The notes below the pieces were generated by a model that did no database searches, had not been told where the DNA came from, and worked only from the letters and a program-made list of their open reading frames with translations. From a virus, in the IMG/VR virus record IMGVR_UViG_3300034358_000032, positions 5,581 to 69,580 of that record: 64,000 nt of DNA; one strand, written 5' to 3'. Numbering within the stretch: the stretch's first letter is position 1; every line of letters begins with the position of its first letter. Position numbers and translations under genes: made by a program. Positions 9,420 to 19,125 of this stretch are shown here, in pieces.

Positions 9420-10841
9420 ATGGCGCGTTCATTCTTAACCGGCATCAACCTCAATCAGAACCAGATCATCAGCGGTGTTCTGGAAAGGGCGGCGACTGCT
9501 CCAAGCTCGCCGGTGTCTGGACAGGCGTATTTCGACACGGTCCTGCTGAGCAGCTACGTCTTCAACGGGTCGACCTGGCAGCCGTGCGACGCCTCGAAAT
9601 CCACGATCATCCCGGCTGCCGCGATCACCAATCTCGCGACGACCGTCAAGGCATACCACCTCAACGAGTTCGCGGCTCCGACTGCGAATATTCCAATGGC
9701 CGGGTTCAAGTTGACCGGCCTCAACACCGCGCCCAACACGGCGGGAGACAGCGCCGAGTATAGCTGGGTCGTCGGGCGTAACCTCAATACGATCGCCAAC
9801 GCGACCGCCAACACAGCCAATATCCCGATGGCTGGCTACACGCTGACTGGCCTCAATACTGCGCCAAACGCCTCCGGTCAGGCCGCGGAATATAGTTGGG
9901 TCCTGGCGCGGCCGCTCAGCGCCTTTGCTGCTCCCGCGGCTAATATCCCGATGGCGGGCTACAAGTTCACCGGCTTGGGCACGCCGACGGCAACAGGCGA
10001 CAGCGCCGAATATACCTGGGTGCTCGGCCGCTCGCTCTCGGCGTTTGCGGCGCCGACGGGCAATATCCCGATGGCCGGCTACAAGCTGACCGGGCTCGGC
10101 GCGCCGAGTGCGGCGGGTGATTCTGCGACCTATGACTGGGTGATTGCGCAAGTCCAGGCCGCCGCTGCGGGCATCGCCTCGAAGCCTCCCGTGCAGTGCA
10201 TTGGAACCGCGAACCTCACGCTGAGCGGCCTACAAACGATCGACGGCTACACGACGCTGGCCAATGACCGCGTGCTCTGTGTGGGGCAGACGACGCAAAG
10301 CCAAAACGGTATCTATCTGGCTTCGGCTGGCGCCTGGACCCGCGCGACCGACGATGGCCCGCCCCCCGGCGAGCTTGAGCCCGGTGCCATGTGGCTGTCC
10401 GTCAATGGAACGGTCAACGCGGGCACCCAATGGCGGTGCAGCAATACGACCGCGATCACCGTTGGCACGACCGCGGTCACCATAGTCCAGTTCGGCGCCG
10501 CGTCGGTCTACTCGGCCGGGAACGGGATCACCTTCACCGGCTCGGTGATTTCGGCGAACGTGGTCGGCAGCGGTGGCGTGCTGGTAGGCGGCTCCGGGCT
10601 GTCTGTCGATACAAGCATAGTCGCGCGCAAATGGTCCGGCACGATCGGCGACGGCAGTGCGACGTCGTTTGTTGTGACGCATGGGTTGAATACCCAGGAC
10701 GTGCACCTGAGCGTCCGCCAAGCGGCGACGCCATACGCCATCATCGACTGCGACATGGCGGCGACCAGTACGACGACCGCGACGATCGCTTTCGCGACAG
10801 CGCCGACGTCAGGCCAGTATCGTGTGACGGTCATCGGCTGA
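9420..10841 (+). CDS. Fibre-like protein with four internal repeats
   Basis: Four ~40 aa repeats (PTANIPMAGYKLTGL...GDSAEYxWV), then an LSGLQTIDG...QNGIY...WTRATD fibre domain. Confidence 0.8.
   Translation: MARSFLTGINLNQNQIISGVLERAATAPSSPVSGQAYFDTVLLSSYVFNGSTWQPCDASKSTIIPAAAITNLATTVKAYHLNEFAAPTANIPMAGFKLTGLNTAPNTAGDSAEYSWVVGRNLNTIANATANTANIPMAGYTLTGLNTAPNASGQAAEYSWVLARPLSAFAAPAANIPMAGYKFTGLGTPTATGDSAEYTWVLGRSLSAFAAPTGNIPMAGYKLTGLGAPSAAGDSATYDWVIAQVQAAAAGIASKPPVQCIGTANLTLSGLQTIDGYTTLANDRVLCVGQTTQSQNGIYLASAGAWTRATDDGPPPGELEPGAMWLSVNGTVNAGTQWRCSNTTAITVGTTAVTIVQFGAASVYSAGNGITFTGSVISANVVGSGGVLVGGSGLSVDTSIVARKWSGTIGDGSATSFVVTHGLNTQDVHLSVRQAATPYAIIDCDMAATSTTTATIAFATAPTSGQYRVTVIG
9661..10142 (+). 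repeat. Four coding repeats (~117-126 nt) in the fibre gene
   Basis: Recurrent AATATCCCGATGGC-type core near 9687, 9819, 9942 and 10062. Confidence 0.85.
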
Positions 10842-10844
10842 TCG

Positions 10845-13800
10845 ATGTCGCGCCCGTTCCTCACATCGATTGATCTGAACAAAAATCAGATCCTTAACGC
10901 GGCGTTCCAAAGCCTTGCGGCCGCGCCGAGTTCGCCGGCGGTCGGGCAGGTCTACTACAACACGGTCAATGCTCAGCCCTATTGCTGGAATGGCACGACA
11001 TGGCTGTCGCTGAGCGCAGTCGGGACCTATTTGCCGCTGAGCGGCGGGACACTCAGCGGCGGGGTGACGATTAACGATCCAAGCACCACGTCGCTCGGAT
11101 CGTTCCAAGTGGCGGCCACGTCCGACACAAACGGCGTCAATATAAAATTCACCGGCAACGGCACCACCACGCCATCAAAATACATCCGGGTCATCGGTGG
11201 CTCGTTCCAGATCCTGAATAGCAACTATTCGCAGGCAATCCTCACCCTCAGCGATGGCGGCGATCTCGCCGTAGCGGGCGGAACGACGCTGCTGGGCACG
11301 CTTTCGGTTACCGGCGCAGTAAGCGGGGCTGGATTTACCTCGCTGCTGGGCGGCTATCTACCGCTGTCGGGCGGGACGCTGTCGGGCCAGCTACAGGGAA
11401 CGTCGTTTCGCGCAGCGGGGGCGTGGCAGGGTTTCCAGTGTTACGACGGCACCCAAGGCGCTAACGCTAAATACTCGGATATAGTCGAGCATGGCGGTAT
11501 TGTAGACTTTCGGCTGGTCGATGACGCTTACAGCACGTCTACTTCGTATCTCACTGTAAGCCGCACCGGCTATACTGTCGACGCTGTCAATATCTATGGC
11601 GCGTCCATCAACCTCAATGGCCCCGTTAACTCAACCGGCGAAATATCCGGCGTGACGCTGTCTTGGAGCAACAACCAGAGCGGGGTGATCCCCGGCACAA
11701 ACACGCTTGGCGGGCGGATAACCGAAAACTTTTCCAGCGGCTGGGGCGAGACGGACTTTTGGAACCTCTACGCAAGCGCTACGCAGTCGTTTGCTTGGTA
11801 TCAGCGCACCGGCACGCCGACCGCCTCACTGCTGGCCACACTCTCGCCTGTCGGTAACCTAGCCGTTTCCGGCGTGCTCAATGTCAACGGCGGGTGGGCG
11901 GGCATCAGCGGCGTGGCCGGGTCCTGGCGGGCGCTGGCGTTCTCGTCGGTCGGGTCTACGCGCTGGAATGTCTTTGCCGACAGTGCGGCCGAAGCCGGGA
12001 GCAACGCGGGGTCGAACTTCCAGATATCCAGCTACAACGATGCGGGGAACTGGCTCGCGTCTCCGCTGACGATCAATCGCGCGTCCGGCGTCGTGACGCT
12101 GGCCTCGCTCTCGACTAATAACGGCACGTTCACCGGCTACGATTCCGGGGCGTTCAACTGGCGCGTCATCGGCGGTAGTTACGGCGCTGGCATCCGCAAC
12201 GACGGAACAACCGTCTATCTGATGTCCACCGCATCCGGTTCGCCGAACGGCAGCTACAACGGGCTGCGGCCGTTTTATTGGAATTTGTCGACCGGCACTG
12301 TCGGCATCGCGGGAGATGGCGCGGCTACATCGGTTGGTGGTTCGCTCGCGGTCGCGGGTACGTCCTTGACCGTGCTCGGGGCTTCAAATGTCACGCTGAC
12401 GTTCCGTCAGACCGGCGGCGCGGCAGATGCCAAAGCCTATGACTATATTTACGACTCTGGCACCGCTTACTTCCGCTTCGTCAACGACGCCGGGACGGCC
12501 GCCACAAACTGGCTGACCGCGGAACGGTCGGGTTATGCTGCGTCGCTGGTCACGATCAATTCGCCGACGCAGATCAGTGGCACGATGGGAGTTAGCGGCT
12601 TTTTCTCCCTCGTGAACGGGGGCACTATCGGCGGTGCGGGGGCGTGGTTCGGCTCGAACGCCGGTTATGCGGCTGGCTGGAAATACGTCAAAACCGATTT
12701 TGCGTGGTATCTGCGCTCCGGTGGCTGGACCGGGGATGTTGTCTCGCTGAATGTGGCCCCGAGTGGCACCGCTGGCGCGACCATGACGCCGATCAACGTC
12801 TTTACGGTCGATCAGACAGGCGTCGTGACGTTCTCGCAGCCCATCGTCGGCGCTGGCGTCACGGCCAACTTCGCCGCCCCGCCACCGATCGGTAGTACAA
12901 CGCCGAACAGCGGCGCGTTCACAACGCTCAGTGCGACCGGGAACCTGACGGCTGGTGGCACCGTGACTGCGAGCGGCGGCACTGTCACGGCAATTTATGC
13001 AAGTTCCGGCTATATCGACTTGCAAGCAGGGAACCCGACAAACACTGGCTATATCGCGCTCTATAACGCCGCCGGGGTGCGCCAGGGCTACATCGGTTAC
13101 GCCGCCGCCAGCGGATTGATCCAGCTTGCGAGTGAAGGCACCGCGACCGGATACAACGTCTCGGGCAACCTCAATGTCGTCGGGAGCATCAACGCCGCAT
13201 CGGGCAATGTCTTCAACGCCATCGGCCGCAACCGCGTCGATAACGGCGATATGTCCCTCGCGCAACGAACCCTACCAATAACAGCTAATTCCTCCCATAA
13301 TCTCGACCGCTGGATACACACGTTCAGCGCCGGGACGGCATCGATTTCTCAGTCCAGCACGGCGGGATATACCAGCCGAAACCAGCTACGAGGCGTGTTC
13401 ACGGGATTGACGGCTGGTGCGGTCGCTACTTTTACCCATCGCATCGAGGCAGCGCGTAGCTATGATTTGGCCGGGCAGCAAGTTACGATATCGCTCAATA
13501 CGGCGTATACCGTCTCGGCCGGTTCGACGAGTTTTGCTGTGCGGCTCTACTACTGCAACGTAGCGGACACCTTTTCCGCCGTGACGGCGATCGGCTCAGC
13601 AATCGGATTTACGCCGAGCGCGACGCCGGGTACGTATTCGGCGACGTTCACCCTACCGTCGGCGGCAACAACAGGGCTTCAGATCGGTATCGCTGCTACG
13701 CAGGCAACTGCGACCGGAACACTGACTTGGGCGATTACGTCGGTGCAGCTAGAGCAGGGGACGGTCGCCACCCCCTTCGAACGGATAGATCCTCAGCTTA

Positions 13801-14084
13801 ACAGGATTCGGTGCTGGCGTTTCTATCAAGCGATCAACGCGCTTTGTCACGGGTATACACAGGCCGCGAATACCTTTTACTCGTGGGCTCCGTTTACCGG
13901 CGGCCCGATGCGGTCAGGTCCGACGATTACCTATGTCTCAAGTTCCGGGTCGTTGAACGCCAACACATTAGCCGCCTCGGCCAACGACAATCGCGGCGCA
14001 ACGCTGTCGGCCGTCAACTCCACTATCGGGCCTACATACTGCTGGGCCTGGATCTCGTTCACAGCCAGCGCGGATCTCACATGA
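10845..14084 (+). CDS. Long tail fibre / receptor-binding protein (1079 aa)
   Basis: Gly/Ser/Thr-rich mosaic; YLPLSGGTLSG twice; C-terminal NGDM...DRW...QLEQGTVATPFE...CWRFYQ domain typical of fibres. Confidence 0.85.
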   Translation: MSRPFLTSIDLNKNQILNAAFQSLAAAPSSPAVGQVYYNTVNAQPYCWNGTTWLSLSAVGTYLPLSGGTLSGGVTINDPSTTSLGSFQVAATSDTNGVNIKFTGNGTTTPSKYIRVIGGSFQILNSNYSQAILTLSDGGDLAVAGGTTLLGTLSVTGAVSGAGFTSLLGGYLPLSGGTLSGQLQGTSFRAAGAWQGFQCYDGTQGANAKYSDIVEHGGIVDFRLVDDAYSTSTSYLTVSRTGYTVDAVNIYGASINLNGPVNSTGEISGVTLSWSNNQSGVIPGTNTLGGRITENFSSGWGETDFWNLYASATQSFAWYQRTGTPTASLLATLSPVGNLAVSGVLNVNGGWAGISGVAGSWRALAFSSVGSTRWNVFADSAAEAGSNAGSNFQISSYNDAGNWLASPLTINRASGVVTLASLSTNNGTFTGYDSGAFNWRVIGGSYGAGIRNDGTTVYLMSTASGSPNGSYNGLRPFYWNLSTGTVGIAGDGAATSVGGSLAVAGTSLTVLGASNVTLTFRQTGGAADAKAYDYIYDSGTAYFRFVNDAGTAATNWLTAERSGYAASLVTINSPTQISGTMGVSGFFSLVNGGTIGGAGAWFGSNAGYAAGWKYVKTDFAWYLRSGGWTGDVVSLNVAPSGTAGATMTPINVFTVDQTGVVTFSQPIVGAGVTANFAAPPPIGSTTPNSGAFTTLSATGNLTAGGTVTASGGTVTAIYASSGYIDLQAGNPTNTGYIALYNAAGVRQGYIGYAAASGLIQLASEGTATGYNVSGNLNVVGSINAASGNVFNAIGRNRVDNGDMSLAQRTLPITANSSHNLDRWIHTFSAGTASISQSSTAGYTSRNQLRGVFTGLTAGAVATFTHRIEAARSYDLAGQQVTISLNTAYTVSAGSTSFAVRLYYCNVADTFSAVTAIGSAIGFTPSATPGTYSATFTLPSAATTGLQIGIAATQATATGTLTWAITSVQLEQGTVATPFERIDPQLNRIRCWRFYQAINALCHGYTQAANTFYSWAPFTGGPMRSGPTITYVSSSGSLNANTLAASANDNRGATLSAVNSTIGPTYCWAWISFTASADLT

Positions 14085-14518
14085 CACAACCATATCAAAT
14101 GCTCGCCCCGTTCATGGGCCAGCCGCCGAATGTCCTGCGCATCGATGACGGCGCGGTGATCCCGCCCGATGAGGATAACGGCGACTACCGGGCGTTCCTA
14201 GCTTGGGTTGCCGAGGGCAACGAGCCTGACCCCGCGCCCGCACCGCCCCCTGCCGCTGTTCCGTCGCAGATCAGCAGATGGCAGGCGTGGCAGATCATGC
14301 TTCAGACCCCGAGCAAGATCCACCCGGCCCCCGCAACGCTGTTCAGCGATGTCCAGGCGATTGTCACGGCGACCGGCGGGCTGATGCAACTGGCATGGGT
14401 CAATCAGCAATACCTCTACCGCAACGGCCCGTTCATCGGCCCCTTCAAGGCGCAGGTCGGTCTTTCAGACGAAGAAATCGATGCGCTGTTCATCGCCGCG
14501 CAAAGCCTGCCGCTTTAA
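14081..14518 (+). CDS. Putative fibre assembly chaperone
   Basis: ATGA coupling to the fibre gene; DGAVIPPDEDNGDY..FLAWVAEGNEP and GLSDEEIDALFIAA motifs. Confidence 0.7.
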   Translation: MTQPYQMLAPFMGQPPNVLRIDDGAVIPPDEDNGDYRAFLAWVAEGNEPDPAPAPPPAAVPSQISRWQAWQIMLQTPSKIHPAPATLFSDVQAIVTATGGLMQLAWVNQQYLYRNGPFIGPFKAQVGLSDEEIDALFIAAQSLPL

Positions 14519-14530
14519 GGAAAATCCTCA

Positions 14531-14929
14531 ATGGCCCTGCAATTTTCCACTTTGGATCGGACGGCGTTCGCCGCGCAACTCGTCGGTGCCCTCGCCGGCG
14601 GCACCGTCAAGTTCTTCTCCGGCGCGGAACCGGTGAATTGCGCCGCGTCCGATCCGTCCGGTCTGCTGGCCACCGGCACCCTGCCCGCCACGGCCGCGGC
14701 CGCGTCGTCCGGGGTGCTGACGCTCTCTGGCGTATGGCAGGCCGTGGGCTCCGCTAGTGGCACGATAGCCAGCTTCCGCCTCTACGACAGCGGCTCAGTC
14801 TGCCGCATGCAGGGATCAGCCGCGATCACGGGCAGCACGGGTTTTGACATGCTCGTCGATAATCCGTCGATCACGCCAAGCCAGATCGTCACGGTGGCAA
14901 CCTTCACGATCACCATGGGCAACGCCTGA
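14531..14929 (+). CDS. Putative virion structural protein
   Basis: AAGGAA RBS; small beta-rich protein in the structural operon. Confidence 0.65.
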   Translation: MALQFSTLDRTAFAAQLVGALAGGTVKFFSGAEPVNCAASDPSGLLATGTLPATAAAASSGVLTLSGVWQAVGSASGTIASFRLYDSGSVCRMQGSAAITGSTGFDMLVDNPSITPSQIVTVATFTITMGNA

Positions 14930-16122
14930 TGGCCGACAACAACGAGAGTTTCGTCCAGCTTCCGGCCGACGGCGACGGTAAGGCGGTCGATGGCTTCCTC
15001 GTCGATCCCGGAGAAGGCGCTGACCCGCAGTTTCGGCAGACTGTGGTTGTCGGCGATCCGGCCGACGCCAAGCGTGTCGCGAACGTCAAGGCACCCGGTG
15101 AGAGTGCTGACGGCAGCGAATACGGGCTGGTGGTGCACGTCAGCCCGGACACGCCGCTAAAGCTCGACCCGACCGTGCCAGCGATCATTGGTGGCATCGG
15201 GCCGGACGGGGCGACGCGACGCGCTAGGGTTGGAATGGACGGCGGCTTGCAGCCGACGGATGCGGTGTCGCCAGGGACGTACGTCGGCAACGCGATCGGC
15301 AATCTGTGTATTCTCGACACGACGGGCTACAATTCGATCTCGCTGCAATTGGTGGCAAGCTCCAACTGGACCGGCACGTTCCAGTTCTCGATTAGCAACG
15401 ATGGGCAGACCTGGGTTAACCAACTCGGCTCGTCGATCAGCAATCCCGGCTCGTATAACGTCCAAGCATCGACATCCAATATTTTCCTGTTCGCCGTGTC
15501 AGCCCGTTGGTTCCGAGTGTCCATCGTCGCCTACACCGCCGGTCAGACAGTCGCTATTCCATACTTGCGGTCAAATCCAAGCCCGCCGATCGCGATGAAT
15601 ATCGGTGCAATCAACAGCGTCCCGATATCGACCCTTGGTGCTGGCGTCGGAAATTCGTCGCTCCCGGTCGGCGGCAGCGATGTCAGCTCGGCGCTGCGCA
15701 CGCTCAGAACAGATCCTCTCGGCAACCAAGTCGCGGCAGGAGGTCTCACTCAGGGCTATCAGATCGGCGCGTACAACGTCACGTACACGCCCTACACAAC
15801 GGCCATCTCAACTCTGACGACGTTCAATGCCGTGCAAAGCGCCCTCTCGCCGGTCGTTGTCGGCGGCACGGATCAGACTAATGCGGTGCGCCGGATGCTA
15901 ACCGATAACCTCGGGAACGTTCAGGTCACCTCGGCCCCGGCAAACCAAGCGCAGCAGTCGATCCAAGACCTTCTGGCGCAGATCGTCGGGCTGTTGCGCG
16001 TCAATAACCACTACCTCTACGAAATCCGCTCGGCAGCCGCCGGCGTGACGGGCGATGAGCCGGACTCATTGCTCGGCGACTACACAAACCCGGCCGCGTC
16101 GCTCGTCAACATGATTAACTAG
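14929..16122 (+). CDS. Putative virion structural/fibre-associated protein
   Basis: TGATG coupling; beta-sandwich middle (WTGTFQFSISNDGQTW) and a duplicated VGGxD...R.L.TD.LGN segment. Confidence 0.65.
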   Translation: MADNNESFVQLPADGDGKAVDGFLVDPGEGADPQFRQTVVVGDPADAKRVANVKAPGESADGSEYGLVVHVSPDTPLKLDPTVPAIIGGIGPDGATRRARVGMDGGLQPTDAVSPGTYVGNAIGNLCILDTTGYNSISLQLVASSNWTGTFQFSISNDGQTWVNQLGSSISNPGSYNVQASTSNIFLFAVSARWFRVSIVAYTAGQTVAIPYLRSNPSPPIAMNIGAINSVPISTLGAGVGNSSLPVGGSDVSSALRTLRTDPLGNQVAAGGLTQGYQIGAYNVTYTPYTTAISTLTTFNAVQSALSPVVVGGTDQTNAVRRMLTDNLGNVQVTSAPANQAQQSIQDLLAQIVGLLRVNNHYLYEIRSAAAGVTGDEPDSLLGDYTNPAASLVNMIN

Positions 16123-16131
16123 GAGATTACG

Positions 16132-16773
16132 ATGCTCATCCAATCGCAAGCAGGCTCGCTACCGAGCTCCCGCCAGAGCGCGGGAACGCCGAACAACCCG
16201 GCCGGGGGCTTCGGCGAAGCGCTGATGTCGGAACTCGCACCTCAGTATTATACGCTGCTCAAAGCCGGTCGCGTCTTCACCGTATCGTCGCTCGCGGTCA
16301 ATCCCGCCGCATTTGTCGGCGCTGCGGCCGGCACGCCTTTGATCGGTCTTTACAACCCCGTAGCATCCGGCGTCGATCTGGTGATGTTGCAAGCGCGCAT
16401 TGTGGTGCGCACCACAGGCACCGCCGCAGCATCGACCGGGCTGTCATTCTTTGCGTGTAACCAAGGCGGGGTCGCGGTCACCGGCACTCAGACCCAGTGC
16501 CGAAATATGTATTCACAGGCGAACACGGGGTCGGTGATCTACGCGATGGTCAACACGGCCAACACCGCCGCATTGGCGAGCACGCTGGTGGCCCCGTCTC
16601 TGTCGATCGGCACGGTGACGACAACCCCAGGCGTTATTGCGGGCAACCTGGTGGACGAAATTCGCGGCGTGATCGTACTGTCCCCGGGGTGCTATCTCGC
16701 CTATGGGCTGGCCGCCGCACTGACTGCCGGCTCACTCGACGCTTCCCTGATGTGGGCTGAAATCCCGGCCTAA
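16132..16773 (+). CDS. Putative virion structural protein
   Basis: AGGAG RBS; 213 aa Ala/Gly-rich ORF in the operon. Confidence 0.65.
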   Translation: MLIQSQAGSLPSSRQSAGTPNNPAGGFGEALMSELAPQYYTLLKAGRVFTVSSLAVNPAAFVGAAAGTPLIGLYNPVASGVDLVMLQARIVVRTTGTAAASTGLSFFACNQGGVAVTGTQTQCRNMYSQANTGSVIYAMVNTANTAALASTLVAPSLSIGTVTTTPGVIAGNLVDEIRGVIVLSPGCYLAYGLAAALTAGSLDASLMWAEIPA

Positions 16774-16777
16774 GCTG

Positions 16778-17260
16778 ATGCTGCTCGTCCTACGATCGTT
16801 ATTCGCCTGGGCGAGCCGCAACGCTGTTCTCAACGAGGCTGCGGCCGATGCTACCCTCACGGCAACCGCTCAGGCCGCCGTCAGTGCGACGGAAGCCAGC
16901 GCCGCCGCCAACGCCACCTTTGCGTCAACCGCTCAGACCGCCGTCTCGGCAGCCCTCACCAAGACAGCGGCCAACGCCGTTCCGGCGGCAACCGCGATGG
17001 TGGCCGTCAGTGCGGCGGAAACCGGCGTCGCGGCCGACGCCACCCTGGTTGCCGCTGCCCATGCGGTGCCGCAGGCCAGCCTCACCGCGACGGCTGCCAG
17101 TGCAACGCTTTCGGCAGCCGGGACCGTGGCTATCGCGGCTCGAACAGCCGCAGTGGCCGCAAGTGCGGTGCTCGCCTCAACGGCATTCGCGACAGCCAAC
17201 ATAGACCCGAACGTCCGAGTGCATATCACCATCCGACTGCCTCCGACGCTGTCACCGTAA
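16778..17260 (+). CDS. Ala/Thr-rich repetitive structural protein
   Basis: ~26 aa periodic AAADATLxATA repeats. Confidence 0.6.
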   Translation: MLLVLRSLFAWASRNAVLNEAAADATLTATAQAAVSATEASAAANATFASTAQTAVSAALTKTAANAVPAATAMVAVSAAETGVAADATLVAAAHAVPQASLTATAASATLSAAGTVAIAARTAAVAASAVLASTAFATANIDPNVRVHITIRLPPTLSP

Positions 17261-17275
17261 GGGAACCTGCCTGTC

Positions 17276-17728
17276 ATGACGGGGCTATATACCGATGTCC
17301 GGGCGCTCATCCTGGCGCAGTGGGCGGCCGGCTGGACCCGAACGGACGTGCCAGCCCACTGGCGCGACAACGACCCGGAACCACTGCCGGACCCGTCCAC
17401 GACCCCGTATTTCTTCCGGAATGAGATAGACTTCGGGCGAGAACGGGTGCGGGCGTTCGGCGGCGGCCGGTTCGCCAATGAGCGCGTGAAATACGGCTCG
17501 GTCCTGCTGCGGGTCTTCGCAGCGAGATACCTGCAAACCGATACCGAAGCCCTGGACTTGCTGTGGGCGGCGGAGAGCATCTTTAGGTCTACCCGACAGG
17601 GCAACCTGTCGTTCATCGGCGGAGCTTCGGGGTTCGACGTGGACACCGAGCAGAAGCCGGAATGGGAAGCGGGCAACTGGTACATGCGCGCGTCCTTGGT
17701 TGTCTTCGAGTACCGCTTCATCGGCTGA
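17276..17728 (+). CDS. Putative tail terminator protein
   Basis: Immediately upstream of the tail tube gene; size and W.ND..P...G...RVF pattern. Confidence 0.65.
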   Translation: MTGLYTDVRALILAQWAAGWTRTDVPAHWRDNDPEPLPDPSTTPYFFRNEIDFGRERVRAFGGGRFANERVKYGSVLLRVFAARYLQTDTEALDLLWAAESIFRSTRQGNLSFIGGASGFDVDTEQKPEWEAGNWYMRASLVVFEYRFIG

Positions 17729-17776
17729 TCAGCGCGGTAAGCGCCCGCCTCCCCTACAAACTGAAAGGAATTCGCT

Positions 17777-19024
17777 GTGTCTCTCGCAGAAGGCGTATCC
17801 GCGCGCGTAGCCTACAAATTCTACACGTCCGGAGCCATCACCACCAACGCACTCGACGATATCGCAACCGCTCCCGGTGCTACCGGCGGCCAGATTCTTC
17901 GCCGCGTGTCGAGCACAATCGCGCTGAAGAAGGCGACATACCAGTCGGCCGAAGTCCGTATCGACCGCCAGATTGCCGACTTCCGCCACGGCGTCGGGCA
18001 CGTCGAAGGCAATATCTCCGGAGAGCTGTCGCCGGAGACTTACATGGACTTCTTCGAGGCCGTGCACCGCGATACCAAAACAGCGTCGCTCACCCTGCTC
18101 CCAGCCACGCTTACCTCCGTCGCCTTCTCGCACTCGTCCTCGACGATCACCTTCGCCGCCGGCAATCCGGTCACCGCCGGGCTGTTCGTCGGCGACATCA
18201 TCAACTTCACCGGCCTGACCACGACACCGGCCAACAACAACGTCAACTTCACCATCATCAGCTTCGGCGGCACTACCAACGAGACGCTGACCGTCACGCC
18301 GGCGCCGACCGTAGGGGTTGCGGATACGACCTTCACGCTGACCCGCCCGGGTGCAGCCACCATCGTTCCGCGCACCGGCCACGTCTCGCGCAAGCTGGCG
18401 GTCGAGGTCTACCACGAGGATCTGGATATCGCCCGGCTGTACCAGGAGAACCGGCTCGGCAGCTACAAGATCACCGTCCCGGCCTCGGGCATGATCACCT
18501 GTGAATTCGGCGTCCTCGGCCGGGCCGCGACCTCTCTGACCAGTGGTGCCGCGCCCTACTTCACCGCCCCCGCCCTGCCGCCTTCCGCCCCGGTCGTAGC
18601 CTCGGTCAACGGGGTTCTGCTGCTCAACGGGGTGAGCGTCGGCGTCATCACCGCCATCGACTTCACCATGAACCTCAACCCCAGCCAGGCCGACGTGGTC
18701 GGGCAGAACTTCTCCGCCGAAATCTTCCTCGGGCGCTCCAACCTCTCGGGCCAGATTTCCGCCTTCCTCGCGGATACCACGCTGTTCGATGACTTCACTA
18801 ACGAGAGCAGCCTGCAAATCCTGCTGACCCTGACCAGCTCGTCAGCGGCCAACAGCCCGGCGATTACGTTCTTCCTCCCCTACGTCAAGCTGGGGAGCGC
18901 CGATCTGAACCTGACCGGCGAGGCGCAGCAGACCATCTCGTCGTCGTTCCAGGCCCTGCTTTACCAGGGCACCACGCCCGGCGTGCCGATTACGACTGTC
19001 CGGATCCTCGACACCGCGGCTTAG
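17777..19024 (+). CDS. Major tail tube protein
   Basis: AAAGGAA RBS; LRRVSSTIALKK.YQSAEVRIDRQIADFRHG...GELSP motif; lies before chaperone and TMP. Confidence 0.88.
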   Translation: MSLAEGVSARVAYKFYTSGAITTNALDDIATAPGATGGQILRRVSSTIALKKATYQSAEVRIDRQIADFRHGVGHVEGNISGELSPETYMDFFEAVHRDTKTASLTLLPATLTSVAFSHSSSTITFAAGNPVTAGLFVGDIINFTGLTTTPANNNVNFTIISFGGTTNETLTVTPAPTVGVADTTFTLTRPGAATIVPRTGHVSRKLAVEVYHEDLDIARLYQENRLGSYKITVPASGMITCEFGVLGRAATSLTSGAAPYFTAPALPPSAPVVASVNGVLLLNGVSVGVITAIDFTMNLNPSQADVVGQNFSAEIFLGRSNLSGQISAFLADTTLFDDFTNESSLQILLTLTSSSAANSPAITFFLPYVKLGSADLNLTGEAQQTISSSFQALLYQGTTPGVPITTVRILDTAA

Positions 19025-19036
19025 GACAGTCCGCAA

Positions 19037-19117
19037 TCTCGCCGACACGGGAGACTTGGTGCCAAGCCGGACGAGGCGGGTGTCGGCCCGCCTCGTCACA
19101 ACCCCTCCGACAAGGGA
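19037..19117 (+). promoter_or_regulatory. Multi-hairpin intergenic RNA element upstream of the tail chaperone RBS
   Basis: Perfect 11-bp stem 19070-19097 with loop TGTCGG; complementary CCGACA at 19042-19047 and 19107-19112. Confidence 0.55.
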
Positions 19118-19125
19118 CAAATCAC

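Noticed and set aside
10845-14084. Diversity-generating retroelement target in the fibre gene
   Set aside because: No reverse transcriptase and no adenine-variant template/variable repeat pair noticed.
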